A stretch of DNA of 64,000 nt from Camelus ferus (lineage: Eukaryota): positions 71,984,001 through 72,048,000 of the forward strand of contig NC_045697.1 in assembly GCF_009834535.1 (NCBI RefSeq), written 5' to 3'. The position numbers were made by a program, and so were the translations under genes. Each line of letters starts with the position of its first letter. Positions within the stretch are counted from its first letter, which is position 1. The notes below the pieces were generated by a model. The model did no database searches and was not told the DNA's origin. It saw nothing but the letters and a program-made list of their open reading frames with translations. This document shows, in pieces, positions 25,573 to 39,510 of this stretch.

Positions 25573-28500
25573 ATACCAAGTATAATGACCATGTAATTAT
25601 ACTACACAGCACATCAATTCTTTTCTTCATTCAACAAATATTTATTGCATCATAAAATCCTGGGTATAATACTGACGGAAAGAGTGGAAAGCAAGGGAAG
25701 CTGGAGGGTGACAACCAAGAAAGAAATAGTACAAACATAAATAAGCCATCACACCTCCCATCAAGAAACCTAAATAATTTTTGCAGAAATAAATCAGATA
25801 CACCAGTAGCTATAAAACCAGAGGGAAAGTGATAAATTCGTAAGAGACATAATGATAAAGAACAACGGAGAGTTCACATAAAGCAGAAAAAAAATATGCA
25901 AAGGAAATAGTCAAAGAACGACTTTTGAGGTTACAACTCTGGGAGAGTAGAAAGAGGATGTTGCTACTGGTGTGATAAGGGAATCTGGGGGGAAAAATAC
26001 CTTTGAGAGGATTGTGGCAAGCTTGGTTTTAGACATTTAAAGTTGCAGTGCCTGCCTGTGGGACACCAGATAGAAACGATGTGTGAGTGTTCTCTGAGAA
26101 AGGGAGAGGCCGGAGGTAAGGACAGGGCTGTCCTCTGTAAGGAGACAACGGCTAAGTGGGAGTGGCAGAGACCATCAGGAGAGAGAATAGAAACACATAC
26201 ACGATTTGTGCAAAAGCAGAAAAGGGAGCCAGAGAATCAAGCAGAGCAAGCTAAGCCCAAAACGTAGCCAGTAAAATGGAGTGAGTGCTTATCGGTTTTG
26301 CCTGCCTGAGACCCCTTCCCCATCATCCAGTAACAGACCACCTGCCTGCGACCAGAGCCCCTCTCCATGTGATTTAGTAGGTGCTGACCAGGGAAATAGG
26401 ACCCAGACCTGTCCACTCTCTGGTGGAGCTACTGAAGAAATCTTCCACTGGGATTTCTAGGAGTCTATGGGCTCCTGAGGCCACTTTTCCACCACGTAAA
26501 AGGAAGTGGACTAATGAATAGAGAGAGGCAGGTATCCAATGCCAGCACTAAATCTCCTGGATACAGCTGTACCTAACGCTGGTTCTACCCATTGACTCTT
26601 CAGTTCCCTGAGCCAATGAATTTCCTTTTTGACTTAAGCTAATTTCTCTTAGGTTTCTTTTACTTAGAAATGAAAGAGTCCTAATTGATACATAAAGTAA
26701 TTATTTAAAAGACATTTTTAAAGCTGGCAAAGGAATGCTGCACCCAAAACTGTGGGAAATGAAGAGAGCAGCTTCTCCATCCTTCCTCCTCTTCCCAGCA
26801 CATGGGCTTTCTTCTCTGTTTGGCTGCCTAGTCAAGTGGCACCCACTAAATAATACAAAGCAACAGGACCATCTGAGCCTGTACCCATTAAGCCTAGGCC
26901 TTCACACCACGCCACAAATGAAGTATCACTCCACTCAAAAGTCACCCCAGGGGTGGTTTCAAATTCTGTTTTGCATGGACTGTGCTTCTGTGGAAGGCGA
27001 GCAGCTCACATCCCCAATCAGGATGCTGCCAGGTGTGTCACAGCTCTCTGCCACAGAGGTAAAGGCCAAGAGAGAGAGTGCCTTGTAATACATCTAGACT
27101 CAGTGACGATCAAAATTAGAGTGAAACATCAAGTCCGGTCGGTTTTCCTTGGTGGTCAAGTAGCTGAGCACTTAAACTCTAAATTGCATTACGAAGTCCT
27201 AGAGGCAGAACTGGGGTTAGACTCCAAGTCTGAAAGGGTCCCATCTACCTTCTTTTCTTTTAGTGACTTCCCTATCATGCCCTGCTCTGCCACAGCTGTT
27301 GTTTTTCAGTAAGAACTACAACTAACCTTCTGGAATTTGTATATACGTAGCTGAGATGAGAGCCATGTAACCTGTCCCTCTCCATATTCCAGGTGAATGA
27401 CAGGTCTCCTGTTCTTTGAAGAGATGCCGCAGGTAAGAGGCTGAATAAAAATCCATGCAAAATCTTCCTCTATTCTGCTCCTGTAGAAGCCAGTTCCACT
27501 TCTCCCTCACTCTCGTTCATCTAGTCATTCACCAAACACATGCTGATCACATCTTCTCTGGGCCATGTGTTCTGCTACGTGCTGAGAAGAAGACATAGTT
27601 TCACCTTCGATAAGCTCACCATTCCGTAAGTAAAACATATAGATACAAACAGATAGCTACAATACAAGGGGATAAGTGGAATGATAAAGATATGTGCCAA
27701 GTCTTGTGAGGGAAGAAGGAAGAGGTCAGGGAGGGCTTCCTGGAGGAGGAGATACATGTTTGAAACGTTAGCTCAACACTTCTGATGGCTGAAGAGATAA
27801 GACATGAGCCACAAGAACTTAAATAAGGCAGAAATCAGTACTGCAAATAAGTAGGTGATTAGTTGACAAGTGAATTTTATAAACAATAGTTATTATAGAT
27901 GTTCTGGGAAGCACATAAGAGCTACGTGCTTAACATAACTGTATGATTGATCTCTTTCAATTCCCACATCAACTATTAAAGTGGATTTTAAGAGAAATCT
28001 GGGATAAAGAAATCATGCCCAAGATTAAACAATTTGTAAGTGTTAAAGACAGAATTCAAACCAATGTCTTCTTGTGTCTTCCGACTTCTAAGCCAGCACT
28101 CTTGCTGCTATACTCGTATGTTTTGGTGGACTGAACACCAAGAACACAAATAATGAAAGAAAGAACCACTTAGACCTTGACAAGGAGTGTATTTGTTTCC
28201 CCTTATAGTGACTTGAATCATAAATTTAAAGTACTCTCAGGCCATATTTAGCACCCTACCCAAAGAGAGACCTCAAAAGCAATCAAACATCAGCCAAGTT
28301 TTCTCACCATGATGAGAATTAAGAAGGAAATGCAAGATGGTAGCCATTCTTTGCCCCCCCTACCAAAAGCGCCCCTTATTGTCCATCTCCCCCCAAGAAG
28401 TCCATCACCCAAGCAGGAACACTGGGCAGGTGCAACAGCCCCACTCAAGCGGCAGACAGCCCAGACGTGGCACAACACCCTCTACTGCACACCCATGCCT

Positions 28501-29637
28501 GCTGGCATCGCCATGAAGCACGCCTGCAAGAGGACCATCAAACCTGGAATACATGGATGTGCGCCGTCTTGAATGCTTTGCCTCCCTATGACTAGTTTAA
28601 ACCCAGTATCCTTGCAGTTCAAGCAGAGAAGCCAACTTGTTGATTCACCCACTTAAGCTACCATCATGTAACTACATATGACTACGAGACCAGTAAGACT
28701 GGTCACAGATTGTTAGGAATGTATTCAGAAGAGAAAAAGATGAAGATCCAAAATACTTATTTAATGAGAAAGAAACCGCTGCAATCCTTGAACTCATATC
28801 TACCTTAGTATTTACTAACGCTAATACTAACAATATAATACTATGTGCTTGGCACAAGAAGATTTCAGTAAATACTTGCTGAATGAATGAATCAGTAAAT
28901 GAATGAATGAACCTCTTACCTGTCATCACAGTAATATTTAAAATCAATAGCAAAACCAGTTTTTCATAGTAGTAACCTAAACAAAATGACAAAAGAAGCA
29001 AAAGAAGTACAGAGGGAAAAGTACACACAAGAGTGTTTCAAATACGGCAACTGGCCAAAGATCCCAATAGGACAATTTAAATATTTATATTTAAAAAGGG
29101 TGGTTTGAGTTTAACAAGTGGGAGGCCATTTCTGACCCTGAAACCAGTCGACAGTCCCACTAACTCGCCCCTTCAGGGGGGACTGCACAACGTCACGGAG
29201 CTGGTGATTTAAATATTCCACCCTGGCAGCAGAAATGTCAATGTTGGAGTGACTCGACATCACTTCCACATTTGTTAGTGATGCAATAATGGAACTATCT
29301 AACTTTGGCTACAAGGAACTCGAGTACCACTTTCAAATCGCCTTGATATTGCACAACAATGTGCTCAATCACCCTCTACCAAACTTCTCTTGAACTTCTT
29401 CCCTCTTAATTTCCTCTTTAAAGTTTACTCATTATTTCACCATAATCAAAGAGTTTTCTAAGGCTTGAGCAAAGAACATTCTAGAAAGATCTTCCAGATA
29501 TAAGAAGTGTAAGAGGTGGCTAATCAAGCGATCACAACTCTATTTCCCCAAGATTTGTTTTCCATTTCTCCTCGCAGATTTTCTTACTTATATTTCTTAC
29601 TGAAGCCACTATGGTGCTGGGCATTCCCTCCCACGAT

Positions 29638-29639
<2 letters not shown>

Positions 29640-29676
<37 letters not shown>
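29640..29676. repeat. (CA)n microsatellite
   Basis: About 18 CA units. Confidence 0.95.
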
Positions 29677-29683
<7 letters not shown>

Positions 29684-29958
29684 GTTCACATGCACTTTCG
29701 AAGTTCTTCCTTAAGAGGAGATGAAAAGAGCCCTTCCTCCATATATTATTTAAAGGAGAAAGACGCCTTGTTTTATAATACATTGTTAAGGGGGGAAAAG
29801 ACTGTTACAAAACAGTATGTATAGAATGACACCACTGCTAGAAATAAGGTTAAATAAAATCTGGAGATATATGCTTCAAAATGTTAACAGTGTGTATCTC
29901 TGGATGGTGAAATTATGGGTAATTTTTTTTTTCATTTTTGCTTCTCTGTACTTGTCAA

Positions 29959-30098
29959 TTTTTGTTTGTTTGTTTGTTTGTTTTTTGAGTGGGCAGGTAG
30001 TTCGATTTATTTATTTATTTATTTAATGGAAGTACTGGAGATTGAACTTGTGCGTGCTAAATAAGCATGCACTCTACCACTGAGCTATAACCTCCTCC
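29959..30098 (-). mobile_element. tRNA-derived SINE, Vic-1-like
   Basis: Reverse complement of the same family (ATGCACTCTACCACTGAGCTATA) with a T-rich tail. Confidence 0.8.
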
Positions 30099-30739
30099 TG
30101 ACTTGCCAAAGTTTTAGACAACATGTATGTGTTCCTGTTTCAGTTAGGAAGTTAAAATTAAATCAGAGGTTTTAAAAATCTTTTTCCAGGTTTCTTCAAA
30201 CACAATGAAGACAGGCTGGAATTTTTAATTTTTACTAAAGAAAAATCAATTTTAAAAGCTATGATATACTCTTTAAAAGAGGTTTACAAAGTCTTCTGAC
30301 TTAACCACAGCTACTGACAAGTTTTTCAGCTCTATCCCACTCCATATGCAGTTTCTCAAAGCCCTCTTACCCCTAAATGCCTGGTTTGCTGTCAGAGCAC
30401 AGTCTGTATCCTTGACTTCATGACCCTGACCTGCCTCCAGAAGGCAAGGGCCACCCTATTTTCCATCACTAGCAAGATAGTCCCCAGGCATCTTCCCATT
30501 TGCTGCCAAGACAAAACAAAAAACAAAAACAAAAAAAATCCTTTTAGCCTTGCTGCTCACCAAGGGCTTTCCACTCAGTCCCTGTGGGGGACCAGGTGTG
30601 GAAGGCTTGCCGCTTCTCCAACTCAGGGCTGGGGTAGATGCTATGAGGAATGAGTTCATCCTTCAAAGTTATCTCACCTCTGCACATGTGGAATCACCTT
30701 GTCCATCACAGGCCCAATTACAGCACAATCTTTTAGTAT

Positions 30740-31080
30740 AGTGGTTCTCAAAGTATGGTCCAGGGATCCCTGGGGGTGACCAAGACCCTGCCAGACAATA
30801 TGCAAGTTCACGACAGTATTTCATAATAATGCTAAAACTTCATTTTTCTTTTTCACTCTCAGTCTTTTCTGAGTGAACAATGGATATTCCAGAGGCTAAA
30901 TAACATGTTCCTACAGATTGACTACAGAAGCACATATTAGAATCCAACTATCTTCTACTAAGCCAGACATTAGAGATTTGCAAAAATGTAAAACAATGCT
31001 ATTCTTCTCACTAAATTTTTGTCATGGTAAATACAATTAGTTTTCATTAAAAAACATTAATATGGTATAGGCTTATTACT
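30740..31080. mobile_element. hAT-Charlie DNA transposon fragment
   Basis: TAGTGGTTCTCAAAGTATGGTCC terminus and internal AAGCCAGACATTAGAGATTTGCAAAAATGTAAAACAATGC. Confidence 0.65.
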
Positions 31081-32159
31081 GTTACCTGAGAGTTATTTAC
31101 CAGGAACTCTGAAGAGCCACATTTTCTAATCACAAGTTTCTTTGCCCATTTTATAAAACTTCCCCAACGTCAGCTCAGTAGGGCTCTGAGACTACAAATA
31201 AACTAATACTGACATCATTGTTTCTAAGCCGCCCTAAAAATTATAGCTCTGTGCTATGGAGAAAGTCTAATTTTAAATTATGACCGAAAAAATCTGAAAA
31301 TCTCAGAAATTAGAAGGAACAAAAAACGTTATTATTTTCTTCTACTGATATGATATGTGGGTTCAGTTTTATCATACTCTTTTCTACTATTTGTTTTATT
31401 AATTTGTCTGCAACAAATAAATGGATTGCTGGTTTACTTTGAGTTAAATGGGACATCTAGGTTGACTGAAATAATTTAAAAGTTATGTTTGTTTTGTGTT
31501 ATAAAATTTATTGTAAAAGTTTGAAGTTATTCATTCATTTAACAAGTATTTCCTGAATACCTACTATACGCTAGACACTATGCTAGTTACAGGAATAAAG
31601 AAGGTGACTGAGATAAACCCTGTCCTTCACAATAGATCTTACAGACTATTACAGGGTTCAGATAAATAGGTAATTAGAGGATGGCCTGGTAAGTTTTAGG
31701 GTAGCATCTGGGAATGTGAAGAAGACAGGATAACTAACCTACCCTAAAGTAGTGGGATTGCCCAAGGCTTCCTGGAGAAAAGAACATCTAAGATGGCATG
31801 GAGAAAAAAAAGGAGAAATCAGTTTGGGAAAATATTGGGGGTAGGGGTAGATACTGCAAGGTCTTAAGTAGCAGGCAAGGAGTTCAGATTTTATTCTAAC
31901 AGTAATGAGAAGCCATCTGAAGATGGTGGAAATGATCAGATTTGCATATTTGAGACATAAGTCTGGCAACAATGTGGAAGATGGGAAATGGGGCAAGATG
32001 GAAGGCAGTGGGCAGCAGCCCGCCAGGCACAAACAGGGCAGCAAGACATTGTATCTAACTTAATCTCCCAATGATCCCACAAAGTAGGTAAATTATCCCC
32101 CTTACACAGAAGAGAAAGCTGGAATTTAGAGAGGTGAAGTAAGAGATATTTAAAACTTA

Positions 32160-32790
32160 CATACCTGAAGGAAACTCTAATTCAAAAAGATACATGCACC
32201 CCAATGATCACAGCAGCACTATTTACAATAGCCAAGACATGGAAACAACCTAAATGTCCACTGACAAATGACTGGATAAAGAAGCTGTGGTATATTTACA
32301 CAATGGAATACTACTCAGCCATAAAAAAGAATAAAATAATGCCATTTGCAGCAACATGGCTGGACCTAGAGATGGTCATTCTAAGTGAAGTAAGCCAGAA
32401 AGAGAAAGAAAAATACCACATGGTATCACTTATATGTGGAATCTAAAAACAACACACACACACACACACACAAATGAATTTATTTACAAAACAGAAACAG
32501 ACTCACAGACATAGAAAACAAACCTATGATTGCAAGAGGAGAAGGGGGAGGGCAGAGGAATGAATTGGGAGTTTGGGATTTGCAGATACTAATTACTACA
32601 TATAAAATAGATAAGGTCCTACTGTTCCCTATACAGGGAACTATATTCAATATTTTGTAATAACCTATAATGAAAAAGAATACGAAAAGGAATATATATA
32701 TACACACACACGCACATACACATATATATACAAGAAATTAACACAACACTGTAAACTGACTATACATCAATAAAAAAAGAAAAAGGAAAA
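32160..32790 (+). mobile_element. 5'-truncated L1 (ORF2 C-terminus, 3' UTR, A tail)
   Basis: ORF 32204-32446 MITAALFTIAKTWKQPKCP...WIKKLWYIYTMEYYSAIKKN is the L1 ORF2 end; AATAAA and A-rich tail follow. Confidence 0.92.
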
Positions 32791-33839
32791 AGTTACTGTG
32801 ACAGGACTTATGGGCATTTGATATGCAAGGTAGGGAGAGAGAGGAATCAAGAATAACATCTGGTTTTCAGCTTACTCATCGAAGTGGATGGTGATACTGA
32901 TCACTTAGATTGACAGAACAGGATTACCAGAAAGTGTTGATAAGGAAAGGATGGATGGAGTTGATGAGTTCCATTTGGGACAGGTTGAGTCAGGGAGGGA
33001 AGAGAGTTAGACATCAATTGGCAACAGGATGTGCATGGCTGAACCTCAAGAGAGAAACCTGAACCAAGCCAACCTATGCAGAAAGCATCTACAGTTGGAT
33101 AATGACCACAGCCAGAGGAGTGACTGAGGTTACGCAGAGACAGAGTGCAGAACCAGAAGGGAGAGGGCTTGGGGTAGAACCCCAAGGACCACTGATATTT
33201 AAAGGATGAACAGGACGTTGAAATTGAAAATAATCAGGCAGAGGTGTTAGAAAACCAAGACAGGCACAGTTGCAGGCAAGGAGGGGGTGTGTTTCAAGTA
33301 GGATGTGTCAAAATTAACAGAGAGCTATGGCCTGAGAAGTGCCCACTGTATTTAGCAATGAGAAGGTTCTGGGTGACGTCCTGGAGAGCAATCTCAAGGA
33401 AGCAGTGGGGACAGAACCGAACCACAAGGTGTTGAGGAGTGTCCGGAAGGTGAGAAAATGGAATCGGATTCATACGTCTCCACAGCCCAGTTATATACAG
33501 AAAGCGCGGCACAAAGGCCATGGGCTGCTCAGGGGATTCGGAGCACAGGGGCTGCCCTAACAGCACCTGCCTAAAGCCAGCACGGTGGGGAAGAGCTGGG
33601 GACTCAAAACCGGAACAGCTGTTCTCTCAGACAAGACTGGGTACTTGGTGACTTCTGCCAAGTGACTTCGTTGTGCCTCAGTTTCTGGAGAAACTGATAC
33701 ATCCTAAGTCTCTCATAATGCTGTTTTCAGCATCAGATATCAGTGATCAGGTAATAGCTTCATAAGGTTGAAAAATAATGTGGGACTATCATGCTTTAGA
33801 GCCAGACCTGACTACTGAAGAGATAGCTGCAGCAGGGAA

Positions 33840-33840
<1 letters not shown>

Positions 33841-33927
<87 letters not shown>
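33841..33927. repeat. (ATA)29 microsatellite
   Basis: 87-bp uninterrupted trinucleotide run. Confidence 0.97.
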
Positions 33928-36672
33928 GTCTTTTTTCCTTGTTTTACTGAAACAAGAGGAATCTCAGCAGAGAGCACCCTCCTGCTTCAAATGATTGTAC
34001 GGTTCCCAGTGGCTTCAGGAAACTGGCATCAGTTTTACTCTGACATCCAGGCACCTGGATGATATAGGAGGCACTCGGCTTTCTGGAAAATAAACCAGGC
34101 CCTCCATGAGATGACATTCTTCAGCATGAAGAGCAACAGTAGAGAGGGTACAGGTGTTGAAATCTAGTCACCCTGGAGGGGAGCCCTCACCCTGCCACTT
34201 CTGAGCTCTGACTCCGAGTGAGGTGTTCGACCTAGCTGAGCCCAAATTTCCTCATGCATGCCTAGAGCACTTAGCCAAGGAAATTAAGAGAATGCACGGG
34301 ACGGTATATAAGAAGGTACTGAGCACAACGCCTGGCACATGATAAGTACTCCGTAAACGTTAACTATCACTCCTATTAGGATGGGACCTGCTTCTCTGCT
34401 AGAGTGAAGGCTCTACCTGAACGTTTACTTAAATGGCATTCATCCCAAGATTAGGGACGGAGCCAGTGTCTAGACTTTCTCATTAATATGTGTAGGTAAA
34501 GTAACCAAAGAACGTACTGAGAACCCTGCTCCTAAAGAAAACTGTAAAGCATTGTGATTTCACATACAAACTCAAGTATCTGGAGTCCTCAACAGCTTGC
34601 ATCCCTTAACAAAAGGATTTGTGTTTTCTAGTATATACATTCTATATATGTGTGTGTGTGTATGTATACACACACACACACACACATATATATATAAAAA
34701 GCAGGGTGTGTTACCTACCTCAGAGTCGGTACACTCACTTTACCATTCCCTCTCATCTGAAGTTCGGGCTGACTTCTCCTCCCCTGTCCCTGAAGAGACA
34801 CATCCCTCACTCCCACAGTGAGAACAAAGTGGCCCCTGTTCTCTTACCTGCCTGCTACCCAAGGTCGGCTGAACGTGGGGGCCCCAGATTCTTTGGGCTT
34901 GTAAAACCCACACAGAGTTCCTGAGGTAAATCTAAATTTAAAACCACAATTACACCCATTTCTATAAGTATAATATGGACTTTCAACCATTCACATTTTG
35001 GTATTGATGTAAACTTTGGACAAAAACAATGAAAACAGAGCCAACCCCTAAGTACAGCCTCAGACGTTTTCCAGAGAAGAGGGAACGTTCATCATCCCAG
35101 TGCATACTGAAACACTCAGATTATTTCATTAGTCTCTGCACCAAAGGTTTACATTTTCAGGAATTTATGACTACTGCTTGATAAAAGGGAAGTAGAGGCA
35201 ATTAGTAAAAGCTTTTCTCAGGATGTGAGTCACCATGGAAACTAGCATTGAAACCAAAGTCACTGGACTGATGTATTTCTCGCTGAATTTTTACTTCATT
35301 AATCCTTGCTGTCTTTTTATAGCAGCACTTTCCTCTAAGGTAACTGACTCTAAGGTGCTCAAGCCTCCAGTGAGAGAGAGTTTTGTTGAGGATAGTTAAG
35401 CTATTGTTAAGCCCTAACAACCAACAAAGTATCATAATGACGATAGTAACTATTCATTGAGCATGTAGTTTGAGCCAGATATGAAGCTAAGTATTTTACA
35501 TGCATTGTCTTATTTTTCACTTACTACATGAAGTAATACAGATAATGGGTAAAAATTCCTTACTTGTTTGAGTTACTATATATAACGCACTAAATATGTA
35601 AGTGCCTGAAACACAGGGGATGCTCAGTAACAGTTATTGTTCATACTGTTTTTAGTTCACAACTATCCTATAAGTAAGGTTCATTTTTTTCAGTTCACAG
35701 ATGTGAAAACTAAGGATTAAGGATGGTTCAAGCCACCTGCCTGTGATTGCCCAGCTAGTATGGGACAGACTTAGAATTTCAGCCCAGGTCTGTTTGACTC
35801 TGAGGCCAAACTGCTACCCATTACGTTGTGTTTTCTTAGAGACCTCAGAAGCCTACTGAACACATCACTGACAACTATATTATTTTTGAACTAGGTTCAT
35901 AGAACCAGAGCCTTAGAGGCCTTATCAATGCTCACTTGGATGTTTTCTCTAAGTATTAAGTTATTTTTAAAAGGTCAAGGTATTAAAAATATTTGGACTT
36001 GGAAGGCATAATACTACTTTTCAGGTTAACACCTTTGATCTAGATTCACAGGTTTTTGTCTTTGTTCTCCTTAAACTTCAGGCCAAGGGAAACAACGGAG
36101 GAGCTTTGGAAGGAGACGGAAACCAAATTAAACAAGGCTCCTTCTGAAGACTCTCTATGTTCCCAAAACCCATTATCACAAGGGTAATTCAATGATAGTT
36201 TCATTTCTTTACAAAATACATCTCAAGACTCAGCAAACTCATTGGTCTCCTGAAACAGACACCTGGGAGTAGTTTGAGAATAAACTGACTTGTTTCAATT
36301 ACGATCAGGAATCTACTGATACCTGGAGCTGGAAATGGGAACACCCTCAGAAAACTAGAAAACAGTTTCTTAGGTTGTCGAGAGCTTAGCAACATTCTTT
36401 AAATGATCCTAATGTCAACTGTGTGCACTTAGTAATATGTACAGTCCCTTGAGGAAATGCCACTCTGAATCCAAGTAACTGGCAAACTTTTATTACCAAA
36501 CACGTTAAGCTGCCCTCACTACGGGGTTGCTTTTCTTTTCCCTGAGGAATGTCAATCTTTCTCAATCTTTCAGGCTTACTTTCCTTGCCTATTTACATTC
36601 CTGTTTTTCTCTTCTGACCCCTACTACTGCCAGAAGAAATGGGTAACATAGAGGATTCAAATGTATATTAAG

Positions 36673-36855
36673 TTTTTTCGATTGAAAAATAGTTGACTTA
36701 CAATTTGTTAGTTTCTGGTGTAGAGCATAATGATTCAGTTATACATATATCTAGATTCCTTTTCATATTCGTTTCCATTATAGGTCATTACAAGGTATTA
36801 AATTTAGTTCCCTGCACTATACAGTAGAACCTTGTTATCAATTTCATATATAGTA
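36673..36855 (-). mobile_element. L1 3' end fragment
   Basis: ATTGAAAAATAGTTGACTTACAA...TTTCTGGTGTAGAGCATAATGATTCAG. Confidence 0.75.
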
Positions 36856-37374
36856 TATACAGAAGTATACAGAATCCTGAATACATATCCTAAATGTATA
36901 CTAAATTTAAAGGAAAAAAACCTTAAACTACAGTTGTAGCTGAAAAGCAATAGGATTTTTTATGATGGGGAAATGAAGTTCCTGCCCGTCAGCATCTCCC
37001 AAAGTGGGCACCATCAGGAAACAGAAATACGGTGTGAAGCCGGGAAAGCACAGAAACTGCCAATCTCCCACTCAGCTACTCGACTTTGAACATCCCTAGA
37101 GAGAAATAAACATCTATCTCAGTTAAGGGGAAAAGTTTGCCTCTTCTTCTCCTGGTACCTGGGGAGAGAGCTCAAATTACCCCCTAGCAGCAATGACTTA
37201 CTCAGAGTTAGTTATTCTGTCAGAGAAGAGCACCCCTGTTACCGTGCTCTGCCCACCTATTCTCCCTGCTCACTGCTTCAGCTCATTCCCCAGTGCCTAT
37301 GCACAAACCTCCTTCTCCAGGCTTGTGCTGTCAGCAATGCAGTTGCTTCACAGGCATGAAAAGGGAGGACTTCC

Positions 37375-37628
37375 AGGATTAAGAGGTACAAATGATTATG
37401 TATAAAATAAGCTACAAGAATATACTATACAACACAGGGAAGAGAGCCAATATTTTATAATAACTATAAACCTTTAAAAACTGCAAATCACTATATTGTA
37501 CACCTGTAACTTTTATAATATTGTACATCAACTATACTTCAATAAAAAAGAAAAACAATAGCTAATTAACATGTAAAAAAAAATCTACCAGAAAGAACAT
37601 GGGGCAATTAAAAAAAAAAAAAAAAAAA
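37375..37628 (+). mobile_element. L1 3' end fragment with A tail
   Basis: GAGGTACAAA...ATTGTACATCAACTATACTTCAATAAAA; AAAAGGGAGGACTT / AAAAGGAGGACTT on the flanks is TSD-like. Confidence 0.75.
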
Positions 37629-38674
37629 GGAGGACTTACACTCTAGTCTGCCAGAAGAGAGTGAATTCATTGGCAGAATCCTTTTAGAGTAAAAAGGAGA
37701 ACAGGACTGAAACTTTGAATACTAGACATGGGTATTTCTCCCATATCTGAAGTCTGTCCATAGGAAAAAGAACAATTTGATTAATATGCCTTTCTCCATG
37801 AAAACTTCTGAAACTCAGAATCAGGAAAACTATTGTTGCTGAAATATTTTCTCTGAGAAAAATTCAGTACATAAGAAAAATTAAAAGAAAACTTCAGTCT
37901 ATAAAAGGGAATTCATGTAACCTACAGGAAAACCCAACTTGTAATCAATAGCACAGACACTTTTGGCACAAGTAGATGTTCAGCCAAGAAGTCTTTTACA
38001 AACTAAACCAAATAAGCAAAATTCTCCGAAAGGAGACTTGACTGATGGGTAACTCCTCCACGAGGTGTTTCCCAAAAGGCTTGCTTAGCCTTCTAACCAG
38101 TAACACGTGCTGTCACTGTATTTATCTGGCAGTTAATAGCCCTCAGCTTTATGATATGTCTTATAAGATTTGTTTCAGTCATTACTTAACTGCTGCAGTT
38201 TTGCCTTGCACACTTTTCACAAGTTTCCATCTTATTTCTTAATTCGATTATAATCTCTCTGAGGACAAGGACCTGTCATCGTCACTGTGCCTTCTGTAGT
38301 CTTAGCACTGTTCCCTTAACATAACTAAGCAATGGAGCCAGACAAGTGATTGACTGATGATTAGTAACTTCTACCCATAGTTCAAAATCTGCGGTAACAG
38401 TTGCCTTGCCTAGAGACAGTATGACTTTCTAAACTTTAATTCAAAAAGTCCACTACAGCACAGTGTTTAGGATTGCCTGAGGTTTGACCACTTATTGCAT
38501 GATTTTGGTCTAGTTCCTTAATCTTTTGGCACCATATTCTTCTCTTGTGTAAAATTAATAATGGTATCTTTATCATAGGATTGTTATGATTTTGAAATGT
38601 GATAATACAAATAAATTGGTTGAGAGTTATGTGACATAGTAAAAGACCAATAAATCCTAGATATAATAATTTTT

Positions 38675-38905
38675 TAATTTTTAAAATTTTTTATTGAAGT
38701 ATGGTCAGTTTACAATGTTTTGTCAATTTCTGGTGTACAGTGTAGTAGTTCAGTCATACATATGCCTACATATATTTGTTTTCACATTCTTTTTCATTAT
38801 AGGTTATTACAAGGTATTGAATATAGTTTCTTGTTCTATATAATATCACTTATATGTGGACTCTAAAAAAATAGAACACACATGAACTTATTCACAAAAC
38901 AGAAA
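38675..38905. mobile_element. L1 3' fragment with 5' inversion and 17-bp TSD
   Basis: Minus-strand 3' UTR to ~38840, then plus-strand TATCACTTATATGTGG...CAAAACAGAAA; flanks TAGATATAAT(A/T)ATTTTT at 38658 and 38906. Confidence 0.85.
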
Positions 38906-39478
38906 TAGATATAATTATTTTTGTCATGCACAAAAGAGCTCAAGTGATTCCTTGGAATGGCTAAAGATGCAAGTTTGGGAATTCAAGATAGAAAAAATGA
39001 CGGGTCTGTTCTCATGTGGATCCCAATCATCCCTGGCATGGAAGCAAACTAAGCTCTTGACATCATAGTCAAATGAATTGTGAGTGTCTCTCATTTTCCC
39101 AAAACCTCTTGGAAACAATGACACACTGTACACGGTCAACTTAAATGAGAGTGATGTAATGGATCAGAATAGGTCTACTGTCTTGAAGGAAAAGCCACCA
39201 GGGACCACAGCACAACCTAGCCCTTCAGTCCTGCCCTTCCAAACAGTTCCTCACCTGAACAAGGAGGCTGGAAGATTTACCCCACCATTTCTCAGAACAT
39301 AAAGGCAAAAAACCAAAACAAAAAAACAAACAAAAACAGAGAGAGAGAGAAGATGCTCTTTCTCTCCTCTGTCCATGGTCAGTGCTTCCAAAAACCTCCA
39401 TCATCTAATCCACTATTACCCCCATCCCAGGAAGAAAGTACAATGGACAACAAGCTATGCATACATGTATGTAATGAC

Positions 39479-39507
<29 letters not shown>
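39479..39507. repeat. (CA)n microsatellite
   Basis: About 14 CA units. Confidence 0.95.

Positions 39508-39510
<3 letters not shown>

Noticed and set aside
32204..32446. 80-aa protein-like ORF
   Set aside because: C-terminus of L1 ORF2 in a truncated copy, not a host gene.
33778..34062. Poly-Ile ORFs on both strands
   Set aside because: Translation of the (ATA)29 microsatellite.
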